In this document: positions 27,248 to 37,143 of the stretch, piece by piece
Layout of the letters: every line of letters begins with the position of its first letter
Position numbering within the stretch: the stretch's first letter is position 1
Source: a virus
Reading direction: 5' to 3' (one strand)
Length of the DNA: 64,000 nt
UHGV virus genome: UHGV-1455077
Made by a program: the position numbers and the translations under genes
The notes under the pieces: model-generated
Told to the model about the DNA's origin: nothing
Database searches by the model: none
Seen by the model: the letters and a program-made list of their open reading frames with translations, nothing else

Positions 27248-27587
27248 AAAAATATTGATTTTTTGGATTACATTAATTACACTTGTTTTATGTATTTCTA
27301 TAAGTGAAGCTAATGCAAAATATGTTATTGCATCAAGTTATCAATATTCAACTGATGATTTTGCAACACTTATAGAAATTTCTGAATTAAAAGGTTGCCA
27401 ATTAAAAGGTAATATTTTTAATATTTCAAATAATGTAATTGGTATATTAATGGAATGTCCTCATAATTTTGATTATGATAAAATCTTTGAAAGATATATG
27501 GAAATTATGGATAATGAACATATGGAAATTATGGATAATGAACATATTAAAATTGAAATGCCACGAGATATAGGAAGATTTCTATAA
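27228..27587 (+). CDS. hypothetical secreted protein with a 24-bp tandem duplication (MEIMDNEH x2)
   Basis: Signal-peptide-like N-terminus; direct repeat at 27497-27544. Confidence 0.35.
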   Translation: MLVMFVKKILIFWITLITLVLCISISEANAKYVIASSYQYSTDDFATLIEISELKGCQLKGNIFNISNNVIGILMECPHNFDYDKIFERYMEIMDNEHMEIMDNEHIKIEMPRDIGRFL

Positions 27588-27600
27588 ATATTTTAACAAT

Positions 27601-27689
27601 GGTGGACGTAGCCAAGTTGGTCGAAGGCGTTAGATTGTGGCTCTAATACATTAGAAACATCGTGGGTTCGAATCCCACCGTTCACCCCA
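27601..27689 (+). tRNA. tRNA-His(GTG)-like with G-1 and C73, but an unusually long variable region
   Basis: G(-1)-GTGGACG...D-arm GCC-AAGTTGGTCGAA-GGC...anticodon arm TTAGA-TTGTGGC-TCTAA...GTGGG-TTCGAAT-CCCAC-CGTTCAC-C-CCA. Confidence 0.5.
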
Positions 27690-27692
27690 GAT

Positions 27693-27769
27693 GGCTCGTT
27701 AGGCGAATTGGCATAGCCGTCTGTCTTAGGTACAGATGTTTGGGGGTTCGAGTCCCTCACGAGCTACCA
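27693..27769 (+). tRNA. tRNA with anticodon TAG (Leu CUA codon) but a short type-I variable arm, CCA encoded
   Basis: Acceptor GGCTCGT/ACGAGCT; anticodon arm TCTGT-CTTAGGT-ACAGA; T-arm GGGGG-TTCGAGT-CCCTC. Confidence 0.55.
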
Positions 27770-27802
27770 AAAATTAAATAATCTATTTTGAGAGTAATAT
27801 AA

Positions 27803-28360
27803 ATGTCAGACATACAAAAAGTTAAACAAGAAGAAGTCATTTATTGTGATGATGAATCTAAATGGGATAAAATTAAAGAAAAGTTTGATGATATTCTTTA
27901 TGAAATATTACCTCGTTTTTTATATAGATTTTTACATAATTTATTTAATTTATCTATGTGGAGAGGAAAAATTAGAAGATTTTTCCAAAGAATAATAAGA
28001 GGATGGGATGATTCTGATACTTGGTCATTAGATACAACTTTTTATCAATGGTTTTTACCAAGATTTAAAAGATTTCAAGAATTAAATTGTGGTTATTCTT
28101 GTGGTTATGAAACATTTGAACAATGGGATAATGAGTTAAAAGAAAAAATTTATGAGTTGGAAATGCTTATTAAATATATGGATGATAATAAAAATTTTCC
28201 AATTAACAAATATTTAACAAGTGAATTTATTAAAGAATTTGATATTGATAATAATAAAATTAAAAATGACAAATCTTATCATAATTTATGGGCATATACA
28301 GCTTGTTTAGAAAATTTTAATAATTGGTTTGGTAAAAAAATTAATCATTTGTGGTGGTAA
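27803..28360 (+). CDS. hypothetical protein
   Basis: ORF. Confidence 0.4.
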   Translation: MSDIQKVKQEEVIYCDDESKWDKIKEKFDDILYEILPRFLYRFLHNLFNLSMWRGKIRRFFQRIIRGWDDSDTWSLDTTFYQWFLPRFKRFQELNCGYSCGYETFEQWDNELKEKIYELEMLIKYMDDNKNFPINKYLTSEFIKEFDIDNNKIKNDKSYHNLWAYTACLENFNNWFGKKINHLWW

Positions 28361-28703
28361 AAAATGTTTAAAGATTTATGGTTTGAAATTAAAGAATGGT
28401 TATATGCTATTTGTTGGCTATTTAAATAAAAGTTGGAAAAGAAATTATAAAGGAAAACATCAATAGAAGGAATCATAATGGCAACATTAAGTAAAGATTC
28501 TAAATATTATGATATTTCCAATGGCTCAAGAAAATATATAAAATATATTACCAAAAGAAAAGCCAGAAGAAATTTTAAAAAAGGATTGATGGAAGTTAAT
28601 TCTAAAAAATTAATTGGCTGTAAAGAATATTATTTCGATAGATATTGGTAAATAAAAAAAGAATTAAAAATAATTATTATGTCAAACTTAATTACTATGT
28701 TTT

Positions 28704-28994
28704 ATGGAAAATAAAGATAGTTTAATTTTTCAGATGTACCACGTTAATAACGGTAAGTCCTTTGATTCAAAAAATTGTGTGCTTCTAATGGATTCAAAAG
28801 TTCATAAGTACCCAGAAGAAAAGTGTCCGTTTTGTAATAGTGTTCTGGAAGAAGGTCATTCAAAGGATTGTATGATGTATGAATATCCAGAAATATCTAT
28901 TTGGTGGTTTATTTTACCCATATTACTGTTAATTATGACAGGTTATATGTGGTTAAAATTTAAAATAAATGAATATCGTAAGCGAAAAAAATAA
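28704..28994 (+). CDS. hypothetical protein with a C-terminal TM helix
   Basis: ORF. Confidence 0.35.
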   Translation: MENKDSLIFQMYHVNNGKSFDSKNCVLLMDSKVHKYPEEKCPFCNSVLEEGHSKDCMMYEYPEISIWWFILPILLLIMTGYMWLKFKINEYRKRKK

Positions 28995-29019
28995 TTTTTG
29001 CAACTAATTTTTTCATTTT

Positions 29020-29060
29020 AAGTGTATTACTGCTTGTGAAAGTCGTATACACTTTTTTTA
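29020..29060 (+). terminator. rho-independent terminator (long loop)
   Basis: AAGTGTAT...ATACACTTTTTTTAT. Confidence 0.4.
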
Positions 29061-29069
29061 TTTTTCCTA

Positions 29070-29097
29070 TTGACAAGTAATTTTTATATGTTATATT
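29070..29097 (+). promoter_or_regulatory. sigma70-like promoter; second exact copy of the 78-bp promoter-leader cassette
   Basis: Identical to 9063-9141. Confidence 0.55.
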
Positions 29098-29132
29098 AAC
29101 CTTATCAAAAACAACAATGAAAGGTTAATAAG

Positions 29133-29330
29133 ATGTCTAAAATTGCTAAATTTGTTTTAAGATTTGGTTACAAAGATAAATTTGTTTTAAAAACAGGTAA
29201 TTTATATTCTGAACGTGGCGTTAACTCCATTGAAGAAGCTAATCAATTAGTTAAAGAAGCAAATATGAAAATGTTTGATGAGGTAACTTTATTTAATCAG
29301 CGTAATTGGAGCATCGTTAAAAAGTATTAA
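29133..29330 (+). CDS. hypothetical small protein
   Basis: ORF driven by the duplicated cassette. Confidence 0.35.
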   Translation: MSKIAKFVLRFGYKDKFVLKTGNLYSERGVNSIEEANQLVKEANMKMFDEVTLFNQRNWSIVKKY

Positions 29331-29337
29331 AAAAGAC

Positions 29338-29365
29338 TTGACAATATTGCAACTCCTTGTATAAT
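29338..29365 (+). promoter_or_regulatory. sigma70-like promoter TTGACA-16-TATAAT
   Basis: Consensus hexamers. Confidence 0.45.
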
Positions 29366-29409
29366 ACCAGTTATACAAGGAGTTTTTTATTTATAAAAAG
29401 GAATAAAAT

Positions 29410-29677
29410 AATGTGTAACTATGATATTGATGTTTTATATGTCAGATTAGAAAACGCTGAAAAGAAAATTGCAGAATTAACAAATACTTTAAATGAAGTT
29501 ATTAGAATTAATAACTTATTTACTAAAGAATATCCAATAACAGTACCAATGGTAACAAAATTAATGGAAAAAACAGGTGAATGTTATTATACCTGTGAAA
29601 AAGCATTAATTAAAAATCACGGTGATATGGAAAAAGCATTAGCGGGATTGGTTCGTTATACAAAGGAAGATATATGA
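29410..29677 (+). CDS. hypothetical protein. Start moved to MCNYDID
   Basis: RBS aaaaaggaataaaataATG. Confidence 0.35.
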
Positions 29678-29940
29678 AAACACCAATTAAAATTAAACCC
29701 TGTTCTTGTGGTTGTAAACATCCAAAATTTTATTCAGAAATGAATAAAGAGAAAACAACTGTCCATAATAATGAAGATGGTATAATGCTAGAAAAAGAAA
29801 ACTGGTTTCCAGTAGGAACAGCTTATTTTGGAACAGTAAAATGTAATGTTTGTGGTAAAACTAATGAAATGATTTCGTGGGGAACATCTTGGGAATCTTG
29901 TGCTAAAATTGCTATTGAAGATTGGAATAAAGACAAATGA
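29674..29940 (+). CDS. hypothetical zinc-ribbon-like protein
   Basis: CSCGC...CNVCGK cysteine pairs. Confidence 0.35.
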   Translation: MKTPIKIKPCSCGCKHPKFYSEMNKEKTTVHNNEDGIMLEKENWFPVGTAYFGTVKCNVCGKTNEMISWGTSWESCAKIAIEDWNKDK

Positions 29941-30155
29941 TAGGTATGGAAAAAATTCTTGCTGAAATATTAATTGATAAGCAAAAAGAAGTAATTGCTC
30001 AATATGAAGAAATAATTAAAAAGAAAAATGAACAATTAATAAAAGAAATGAAAAGAGCTAACGAATTGTTTCAATTATCATATAAGAGAAAATTAAGAAT
30101 TCAAGAATTAGAAAATGAATTATCTCAACTTAAAAATGAAAGAAATAAATTATGA
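29937..30155 (+). CDS. hypothetical coiled-coil protein
   Basis: ORF. Confidence 0.3.
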   Translation: MIGMEKILAEILIDKQKEVIAQYEEIIKKKNEQLIKEMKRANELFQLSYKRKLRIQELENELSQLKNERNKL

Positions 30156-30565
30156 AAAAATATAAATGTACTTGGGGAAGTATTGAACAAATAATATGTT
30201 GTAATTCAGAAGATGAAGCAAGAGAGGAATTTGTATCATCTCTTATTTCTGATGAAGAATTAAATAATTTTTATTTTTATGAAGATTTACGTTTTGAAAC
30301 AAAAGTTCAAGAAATTTTAAATATTGAAGTTGGTAAATGTTATCTGTCAAGAGATGGTAGAAAATGCTTTGTTTATTCTAAACCAAAATGCTTAAATGAT
30401 ACTTTTTTATTTAGCCGTGAAGAATTTCCAGATGATGTATTTTGGGAAACAAAATTAGATACAAAATTTTATCAATGCGATTCATCAGGAAAGATTTATA
30501 AAGATTATTGTGATAATGAATTAAAAGAAATATTTAAAAATTTTGATTTAGTAGAGGAAATTTAA
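30152..30565 (+). CDS. hypothetical protein
   Basis: ORF. Confidence 0.35.
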   Translation: MKKYKCTWGSIEQIICCNSEDEAREEFVSSLISDEELNNFYFYEDLRFETKVQEILNIEVGKCYLSRDGRKCFVYSKPKCLNDTFLFSREEFPDDVFWETKLDTKFYQCDSSGKIYKDYCDNELKEIFKNFDLVEEI

Positions 30566-30567
30566 TT

Positions 30568-30810
30568 ATGACAAAAACAGAAATAACTAATAGTGGTATA
30601 TATGGATTTGGATTATTAATTATTATATTTTTATTTACACTTACATTAGCAATACCTGGTTGTATAGCTTATGACCAACAAAAAAGTAATCTTCGGTCAG
30701 AGGTTATAAATGATTTATGCAATCAAAATAATGGAAAATATGATTTTTATGTATTAGATAAAACAACTTATCATTATATTGAAAAGGTCAATGAAAATGG
30801 CAGAAAATAA
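30568..30810 (+). CDS. hypothetical membrane protein
   Basis: TM helix. Confidence 0.3.
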   Translation: MTKTEITNSGIYGFGLLIIIFLFTLTLAIPGCIAYDQQKSNLRSEVINDLCNQNNGKYDFYVLDKTTYHYIEKVNENGRK

Positions 30811-31534
30811 TAATTATATAAATTTTGATGGTAGTTATCCTCTTGTTAAAGAAGATGATACAGGTATAAGACCTGCGGGAAAACCTGATGAATGTTTTTA
30901 TTGTGGTAGTAAAGTTGGTGAACCTCATAAACACGGATGTGTTACAGTTGTAAAAAAAGTTAAGTTAAAAGCAACAATTGAATATGAAAAAGAAGTTCCC
31001 GCCGATTGGGATGATGAACAAATTTATTATCATTACAATTTAGGCACTTGGTGTGCAAATAATATTGTTGATGATTTAAAAGATTACATTGATGAATTAA
31101 ATGAATATAATGATTGTTTATGTCATTATTCTGAAATAGAAGTTATTGAGGAACAAAAAATGAATGATATAAAAATTGAAAAGATAGATGTTAATTGTCC
31201 AGCAAGACCATTAAGTGAAGATTTTCAAGAATATTTTGATAAGTTATATGGTCGTCCTTGTACAGATATGTATGATTTTGAATTTCTTACTCTTGAAGAA
31301 TGTGAAGAAAAAGGTTTAGATTGGGGTTGGAAATCTAAAAAGAAAGAAAATATTACAGAAGACCAAAAGATTAAAAAACAACGTGAAAAATATTCATATT
31401 TAGATATGAAACCTCTCATTGTTACAGAAGAAATGACTAATATATCAACAGGTATAACTGAACAAGTTACAAATGAATTAAAAAAAGTTATTGATGAAGC
31501 AATTTTGGAAAGGCTATTTGAAAATGAATATTAA
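30779..31534 (+). CDS. hypothetical protein
   Basis: ORF. Confidence 0.4.
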   Translation: MKRSMKMAENNNYINFDGSYPLVKEDDTGIRPAGKPDECFYCGSKVGEPHKHGCVTVVKKVKLKATIEYEKEVPADWDDEQIYYHYNLGTWCANNIVDDLKDYIDELNEYNDCLCHYSEIEVIEEQKMNDIKIEKIDVNCPARPLSEDFQEYFDKLYGRPCTDMYDFEFLTLEECEEKGLDWGWKSKKKENITEDQKIKKQREKYSYLDMKPLIVTEEMTNISTGITEQVTNELKKVIDEAILERLFENEY

Positions 31535-31982
31535 TGCAAAAATGTTCGAATTATTAAAATCAATATATCCTAAAATTGTAGCAGAACAGCTTACTTCTGT
31601 TCAATCTATTACTTCAAATTTTAATGATGAATTAAGAAAAGAAATAGTTATTCCAGAATTTTATCAACAAATTATTGATGAAATTTCTAGTATGAAAACA
31701 AATTTTCGTTTCATTCATTATGATAATCGTTTTGATAAAATTTCAGGTCACATTAATTTAGTAAATTATGACACACATATTTTTACTGGAAATTTAAAAA
31801 GCGAAAGTATCAAAGACAAATATTTTGATATGTATAAAGAAGATATTGACATTATTAAAAATATTTGTAAGAATTACAATGTTAATGTTGAATTTAAATT
31901 ATCTGATTTACATTGCTTTGCATTTGGGTGGTGTAATATAATTGATATGGAAATAAAGAAGAAAGATGAAAATAATGGCTGA
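31491..31982 (+). CDS. hypothetical protein
   Basis: ORF; start possibly at 31524. Confidence 0.35.
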   Translation: MMKQFWKGYLKMNINAKMFELLKSIYPKIVAEQLTSVQSITSNFNDELRKEIVIPEFYQQIIDEISSMKTNFRFIHYDNRFDKISGHINLVNYDTHIFTGNLKSESIKDKYFDMYKEDIDIIKNICKNYNVNVEFKLSDLHCFAFGWCNIIDMEIKKKDENNG

Positions 31983-32454
31983 TAATCTAAATAGGTATAT
32001 TATAAAATTATGTAATGATTTACAAGATGGTAAAGAATTATTTTATGAAATCCCTTTATTTGATAATATTGAAAAAATTATAAATGATAAAAATATGATT
32101 GATGAAAAACAAATTAAAAATAATTTTCAAATATTCATTTCTGCATTAAATCATTTACCAAGAAATAGTTTTATATTTAAAACAATTATAATTAAAAAAC
32201 CAACTAATAGTAATGATATTACAAATAAATTGCAAAAATGGTTTCAAGAAAGTTTAGAAAATTTAGGTGATTTATTAAATTATGCTATTGGTTTTGAATT
32301 AGATAATATTGAAGATTTAATTTGGAAAAATAATCCTAAATATGCTATTTATAAAACACCCATAGGATTACTTAAAATATTTCCAATGACTTGGTTTTGT
32401 AACGATAATTTTGAAATATTGTGCAGTAAAATTATTAATGGAGATAATAAATGA
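31966..32454 (+). CDS. hypothetical protein
   Basis: ORF. Confidence 0.4.
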   Translation: MKIMADNLNRYIIKLCNDLQDGKELFYEIPLFDNIEKIINDKNMIDEKQIKNNFQIFISALNHLPRNSFIFKTIIIKKPTNSNDITNKLQKWFQESLENLGDLLNYAIGFELDNIEDLIWKNNPKYAIYKTPIGLLKIFPMTWFCNDNFEILCSKIINGDNK

Positions 32455-32474
32455 AAATAAAAAGGAAATAATAA

Positions 32475-32705
32475 ATGCAAAAACTAAATATTAAAATGCC
32501 ACGCCCTATGCCTGATGATTATAATATTGAATTAGAAAAAGGCAATTATATTGTTAAAGATACTAGAGGTAATTTTTATATTGATACTTGGTTAGATAAT
32601 ACAATGGGATTTTATTGTTGGGAACTTGATGCTTTATCAGAAATTGTATGTAAATTGCCTGATTGTGAAACTTTAATGAAAATTTTGGAAGACTATAAAA
32701 ATTAA
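32475..32705 (+). CDS. hypothetical protein
   Basis: ORF. Confidence 0.35.
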   Translation: MQKLNIKMPRPMPDDYNIELEKGNYIVKDTRGNFYIDTWLDNTMGFYCWELDALSEIVCKLPDCETLMKILEDYKN

Positions 32706-32717
32706 GGAGATTTTTAT

Positions 32718-33035
32718 ATGAAAAAAATATTTTTAGTTATTTTAATGTGTTTAATTTCATATAATGCAAATGCAGGAATATTTACATATTTGGAAGCATC
32801 AGGTGCTAATAATGCGGCTAATAAGGCATTAAATAGTCAAGAACAATTAAATAATAGACTTATTCGTTTAGAAAACGAAATAATTCAAATAAAAAATGAA
32901 ATTGTTGAAAATAGAAAGTATTTAATTATAATTAAAGAACATTTGAAAGCAGATGAAAAAGAAATTGTTAAGAAACAGGTTTCTTATCCTATAATGCCTA
33001 ATAATGAATTAAAAAATTATACAATACGATATTAA
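32718..33035 (+). CDS. hypothetical secreted coiled-coil protein
   Basis: Signal peptide MKKIFLVILMCLISYNANA. Confidence 0.35.
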   Translation: MKKIFLVILMCLISYNANAGIFTYLEASGANNAANKALNSQEQLNNRLIRLENEIIQIKNEIVENRKYLIIIKEHLKADEKEIVKKQVSYPIMPNNELKNYTIRY

Positions 33036-33043
33036 AGGACAAA

Positions 33044-33607
33044 ATGAATAATATAACATTTATTTCTAATGGTAATGTAAAAGATTACCCAAGTCAACCT
33101 GTTAGTTATACATTAACTTGGAAAAGACAAACAATAAATTTTAATAAGGAAACAGAAATGCAAGATAAAATTTTAAACGCTTATAAGCAGGCAGTTAAAG
33201 AAAATGATTTTTGGAGAAAGAAAGTTTTAACTACTTTACGCTCTGAAATTAAAAATATGGAAATTATGCTTCGTCCAAAAAATTTAACACCAACTGATGC
33301 AGATATTCTTTGTGTTATTCAAAAAATTATTAAACAAGATAAAGAAGCACTTGGTATGTTTATTGAAAGTGGACGACAAGATTTGATTGATGCAACTAAT
33401 ACTGAAATTACAATTCTTGAAGAATTTTTACCAACACAATTAACAAATGATGAAATTGATAATATCATCAAACAAGAAATTGAAAATAATAGCTATTCAT
33501 CAATGAAAGATATGGGCAAATTGATGGGATATTTTAAGAATAATTATTCTGGTCAATGTGATATGGGATATGTATCTAAGAAAATTAAGGAGATGTTAAA
33601 TGGATAA
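33044..33607 (+). CDS. GatB/YqeY-domain protein
   Basis: ...EILEEFLPTQLTNDEIDNIIKQEIENNSYSSMKDMGKLMGYFKNNYSGQCDMGYVSKKIKEML matches the YqeY/GatB C-terminal domain pattern. Confidence 0.5.
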   Translation: MNNITFISNGNVKDYPSQPVSYTLTWKRQTINFNKETEMQDKILNAYKQAVKENDFWRKKVLTTLRSEIKNMEIMLRPKNLTPTDADILCVIQKIIKQDKEALGMFIESGRQDLIDATNTEITILEEFLPTQLTNDEIDNIIKQEIENNSYSSMKDMGKLMGYFKNNYSGQCDMGYVSKKIKEMLNG

Positions 33608-33857
33608 TATATTTGCAGGATTATCTAAAAAGCAAATATTATTAATATTGATGATGGCATATAAATGTAGTACATTAGTATCTCCATTAGATATGAAAAA
33701 AATTTACAATATTTCTTATGATAGAAATTTTTCAGAATTTTTAAAAGATTTATGTTATAAAATTGATAATAATGAAATAATGAATATTGATAATGATTAT
33801 TTTTATTCAAAAGTTTTAAATAATTTAGAAAATGAATTAATAAATGAGGAAAAATAA
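33600..33857 (+). CDS. hypothetical protein
   Basis: ORF. Confidence 0.3.
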   Translation: MDNIFAGLSKKQILLILMMAYKCSTLVSPLDMKKIYNISYDRNFSEFLKDLCYKIDNNEIMNIDNDYFYSKVLNNLENELINEEK

Positions 33858-34344
33858 AATGTTTAAACTAATCGGTAATACTATTGATAAAATGATGTCA
33901 AGTTTTGATAAATGTTTCGATAAATTCGATAAATTGGATAAATGTATAGATAAATTTGAAAGTAATTTTGCAGGTGGTACATTTACAAATTGTAACTTTA
34001 AAAGTTTTAGAATTTCAAGTAAAGAAAAAAATAATATTCAAATTGGTAATAAAACGTATAATGGTAAAAATATTAGAGGTGTTAATAATAAAATTATTAT
34101 TGATGATAATATTGTGCTTGATTCTTCTGAAATTCCTATAATTATTATTAATAGTGATGTTGATGGTATAGATGCCACTTCTGTAATAGTTAATGGTAAT
34201 GTTAATGGAGATATTGATTGTACATCTATTAAAGTAGCTGGAAATGTAAAAGGTGATATAGATGGTACAAATGTTACTATTGAAGGAAATTATGAAGGCA
34301 ATATTGATGGACTAAATGTTACAATTAATAACAAAGGAAAATAA
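33844..34344 (+). CDS. hypothetical protein with bactofilin-like beta-helical repeats
   Basis: NGNVNGDIDCTSIKVAGNVKGDIDGTNVTIEGNYEGNIDGLNVTIN. Confidence 0.3.
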   Translation: MRKNKMFKLIGNTIDKMMSSFDKCFDKFDKLDKCIDKFESNFAGGTFTNCNFKSFRISSKEKNNIQIGNKTYNGKNIRGVNNKIIIDDNIVLDSSEIPIIIINSDVDGIDATSVIVNGNVNGDIDCTSIKVAGNVKGDIDGTNVTIEGNYEGNIDGLNVTINNKGK

Positions 34345-34559
34345 TGAAAAACGAAAGTTGTATAATATCAGATGTTCTTGATTGTGATGGTTTATATCAA
34401 GTAACATATAATAGAAAATGCAATAATTGTGATTATCAAGAATTAAAAGATAGAAAATTTGTTCAAGTTTTAAAAAATGGATATACTCAAGATATTGATA
34501 ATTGGCGTTGTCCAAAATGTAATTCATTAAATATTACTCAAATAATTGCAGATAAATAA
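34344..34559 (+). CDS. hypothetical zinc-ribbon protein
   Basis: CNNCD...CPKCN. Confidence 0.35.
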   Translation: MKNESCIISDVLDCDGLYQVTYNRKCNNCDYQELKDRKFVQVLKNGYTQDIDNWRCPKCNSLNITQIIADK

Positions 34560-34591
34560 GTTAAAATAATAAACTTAAAAAGGAGTCTGTT

Positions 34592-34879
34592 ATGACATTT
34601 AAAGAAATTTGGACATCATTTTGTGATAAAACAAAAGAACAAGGAATTAAGGCTTGGGAAGGCATCAAACAAGTATGTTCATCATCTTTTACAATTTTAA
34701 AAAATGCAGTTGTTGGTTTCTTTACAGGAATCTATAATTGGTTAATTGAAATTGTAACTGGTGTAGGTAAAATTGCTATGGCATTAATTTCATTTGTTTT
34801 TACTGCAATTGGTTCAGCTATTTTTGCAACATTAAAATTATGTTTAGATAAATTAGTTGATTGGGTAATGAAATGGTAA
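34592..34879 (+). CDS. hypothetical membrane protein
   Basis: Two TM helices. Confidence 0.35.
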   Translation: MTFKEIWTSFCDKTKEQGIKAWEGIKQVCSSSFTILKNAVVGFFTGIYNWLIEIVTGVGKIAMALISFVFTAIGSAIFATLKLCLDKLVDWVMKW

Positions 34880-34946
34880 TCTAATTTAAATTAGACTAAT
34901 CTATACTATATAAATAAATGCATAATAAAGAAAAAAGGATTTTATT

Positions 34947-35615
34947 ATGCATTTTTTATTTTCAACAATAAGTGGTTTTATTGAATCAATCTGGCGTAGA
35001 TGGTATGGTGGTTGGATTGAAGGAACTATGGAAGATAAATTACCTAAATGGTTATATAGATTTTTATCTTCTCGTGGAACACAAACTATTTTTAATTTAA
35101 TTGTTTTATTTGGCATCTTTATGCTTAATCCTATATGGACGACAACACCATTGTCTTCTTGGTTAATTTCTCACGGAATATATGATTGGTGTATAGCATC
35201 AATAATGTCAATTATTATACAATTTGAATTTTGGAGTCGAGGACACGGCCCAGCATTTGATGAAGGCAGAGGAATACCAACACAAGAAACAATAGATAGA
35301 TACCAAAAAGTTTGGTGGGTGTTCATTCCGAATAAATTAGTTCCTAAAGAACATTGGTATGGTTTTCTTTATGATTTTATTTGGATGTGGACAAGATATA
35401 CTATTGGATTATTCTTAATGATTCCATTTTTATGGTCATTTAATATTCTTTGGTTAGGCTTAATTACAACAAGCATTTATGCATTATGTTGGACTTTATA
35501 TGAACGAGAACCTTGGATATTTCCATTAATACCGTGGAAAATGACATCAGTCGCTACACAATTAGCTGAATTATTAGTAGGGTTTGTAGTAGGTTTTTGG
35601 CTAATGTGGTTTTAA
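34947..35615 (+). CDS. polytopic Trp-rich membrane protein
   Basis: Multiple TM helices. Confidence 0.4.
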   Translation: MHFLFSTISGFIESIWRRWYGGWIEGTMEDKLPKWLYRFLSSRGTQTIFNLIVLFGIFMLNPIWTTTPLSSWLISHGIYDWCIASIMSIIIQFEFWSRGHGPAFDEGRGIPTQETIDRYQKVWWVFIPNKLVPKEHWYGFLYDFIWMWTRYTIGLFLMIPFLWSFNILWLGLITTSIYALCWTLYEREPWIFPLIPWKMTSVATQLAELLVGFVVGFWLMWF

Positions 35616-35654
35616 TATTTTGTAGAAAAGTGTTATACATTTTCTACAAAAATC

Positions 35655-35682
35655 TTGACATTATTAAAAATTATGATATAAT
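35655..35682 (+). promoter_or_regulatory. sigma70-like promoter TCTTGACA-16-TATAAT
   Basis: Consensus hexamers. Confidence 0.45.
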
Positions 35683-35714
35683 AAATATAATTTTTAATTT
35701 ATTGGAGAAATAAA

Positions 35715-36065
35715 ATGTTGAATTATGAAAAATACAAAAATACATTAAAACCTGCACCAAGATTTTATGATGAATGTATTGAACTTAAGAAATTACAAAA
35801 ACTTAATGAATTAACTCCTGCTCAACAGTTAAGAGTAAAAGAATTAGAAAATTTTATTGAGAACGCCAAAAAGCAAGCCGATTTATATGATGCTGAAGAA
35901 AAGCAATTGCGTGACCTTTGGATTAATGATTTGTATGAAGAATATGGTGTAAAAGATAATCCTAAAGCAGATGATGCTTACCATCTTGCTTATGAATATG
36001 GACACGCTTATGGATATTCTGACATTGAAAATTATTTTAGTGATTTAGTAGAACTTATTAAATAA
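35715..36065 (+). CDS. hypothetical protein
   Basis: ORF. Confidence 0.4.
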   Translation: MLNYEKYKNTLKPAPRFYDECIELKKLQKLNELTPAQQLRVKELENFIENAKKQADLYDAEEKQLRDLWINDLYEEYGVKDNPKADDAYHLAYEYGHAYGYSDIENYFSDLVELIK

Positions 36066-36090
36066 ATTTAATATTATTTAAATTTTCCTA

Positions 36091-36118
36091 TTGACAAATA
36101 AAAAACTGGTGTTAATAT
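36091..36118 (+). promoter_or_regulatory. sigma70-like promoter TTGACA-16-TAATAT
   Basis: TTCCTATTGACA context as in the 9076 cassette. Confidence 0.4.
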
Positions 36119-36151
36119 AACATCAGTTTTTAACTTATATGGAGATAAAAA

Positions 36152-36688
36152 ATGACCACTTTAACAACAACAATTTGCTGGAATCCTTTTATCTTGAATG
36201 GCAGACGAGTTACTAACATCATTTTTTATAATGATGAAGGAATTATGTTTGAAACACATCGTGGTTGGTTTGGCAATGGAAATAATGTTTTCAGAACATT
36301 AAATGTTGGTGATGTTAAAACTCGTAGAGTTACTGCTTTGGAGAAAATGGATAAAAAAGAGAATTTCTGTGTTACAACAAAAATTCCTTATTCAAATGAT
36401 AAAGGTTATGTCCTTTACTTGTATGTTGATGGTGAAGGTATTCAACTTATTAAAGAAGAAGAAAAAGAAGAAATTTTTTCTCCTACACAAATTAGAAAAT
36501 ATGTTGAGCGTACAATTAGATTGTACGGGATTATGATTGATTTGGAAGAAACTTTAAAATTTATTGATAATGAATTTGGTAAAAAAGTTAAAGAATTTCA
36601 AAAAGAATTAGAAAGTTTTGGAATCAAACTTAATTGTTGGGATGCAGAAAACATTTTAAAACATTATGAATTTGTAAGGCGGTCTTAA
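36152..36688 (+). CDS. hypothetical protein
   Basis: ORF, RBS atggagataaaaaATG. Confidence 0.4.
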   Translation: MTTLTTTICWNPFILNGRRVTNIIFYNDEGIMFETHRGWFGNGNNVFRTLNVGDVKTRRVTALEKMDKKENFCVTTKIPYSNDKGYVLYLYVDGEGIQLIKEEEKEEIFSPTQIRKYVERTIRLYGIMIDLEETLKFIDNEFGKKVKEFQKELESFGIKLNCWDAENILKHYEFVRRS

Positions 36689-36702
36689 TGACCGCTTTTT
36701 TA
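36675..36702. terminator. bidirectional rho-independent terminator
   Basis: AGGCGGTCttaatGACCGCTTTTTT between convergent genes. Confidence 0.65.
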
Positions 36703-37101
36703 ATAACCATAAGCATACCAAATAGTATGACGGTTATGATAACAAGAAAATGATGATGTTGTTCGTGTACCTCTATTTATTGTAGCATTTCTTGAATTGT
36801 CAGATGTGCTTGATGGGTCTGATTCTGAAAATAAAACTTCATAATTTGTTGTTGTAAATTCTTTTAACAATTGAACTGTTACTGTTGCACTAGTTCCAGA
36901 TGTTATGATACTTCCTTGTTCAATCCAGCCATCTGACCAAACTCTATACCAATCATCTCCATTGGAATATGTTTCAATAATATGTTTATGTGATTCTAGT
37001 ACACTTATTCTATTTGATAATGAAGTAATATTGTTATTAATTTCTTCAAGTTTTGTTAATAATTCGTCAACACGAGAAATAGGTAATTTACTGCTATCCA
37101 T
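36700..37101 (-). CDS. small tail-fibre-associated protein (family A paralog)
   Basis: MDSSKLPISRVDEL...WYRVWSDGWIEQGS...WYAYGY, closely similar to 4107-4508(-). Confidence 0.5.
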   Translation of the reverse strand: MDSSKLPISRVDELLTKLEEINNNITSLSNRISVLESHKHIIETYSNGDDWYRVWSDGWIEQGSIITSGTSATVTVQLLKEFTTTNYEVLFSESDPSSTSDNSRNATINRGTRTTSSFSCYHNRHTIWYAYGY

Positions 37102-37114
37102 TGAATTATCTCCT

Positions 37115-37140
37115 TTATTTCTATTTAATAAATAGAAATA
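37115..37140. promoter_or_regulatory. palindrome TATTTCTATTTAATAAATAGAAATA upstream of 36700-37101(-)
   Basis: Same architecture as 4522-4550 with compensatory arm changes. Confidence 0.5.
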
Positions 37141-37143
37141 AAC

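Noticed and set aside
22096-27769. Possibility that the anticodon-TGA and anticodon-TAG tRNAs are nonsense suppressors
   Set aside because: Anticodon 5'-UGA-3' reads UCA/UCG (Ser) and 5'-UAG-3' reads CUA/CUG (Leu). Suppressors would need UCA or CUA anticodons. All CDSs in the window terminate normally with TAA/TAG/TGA.
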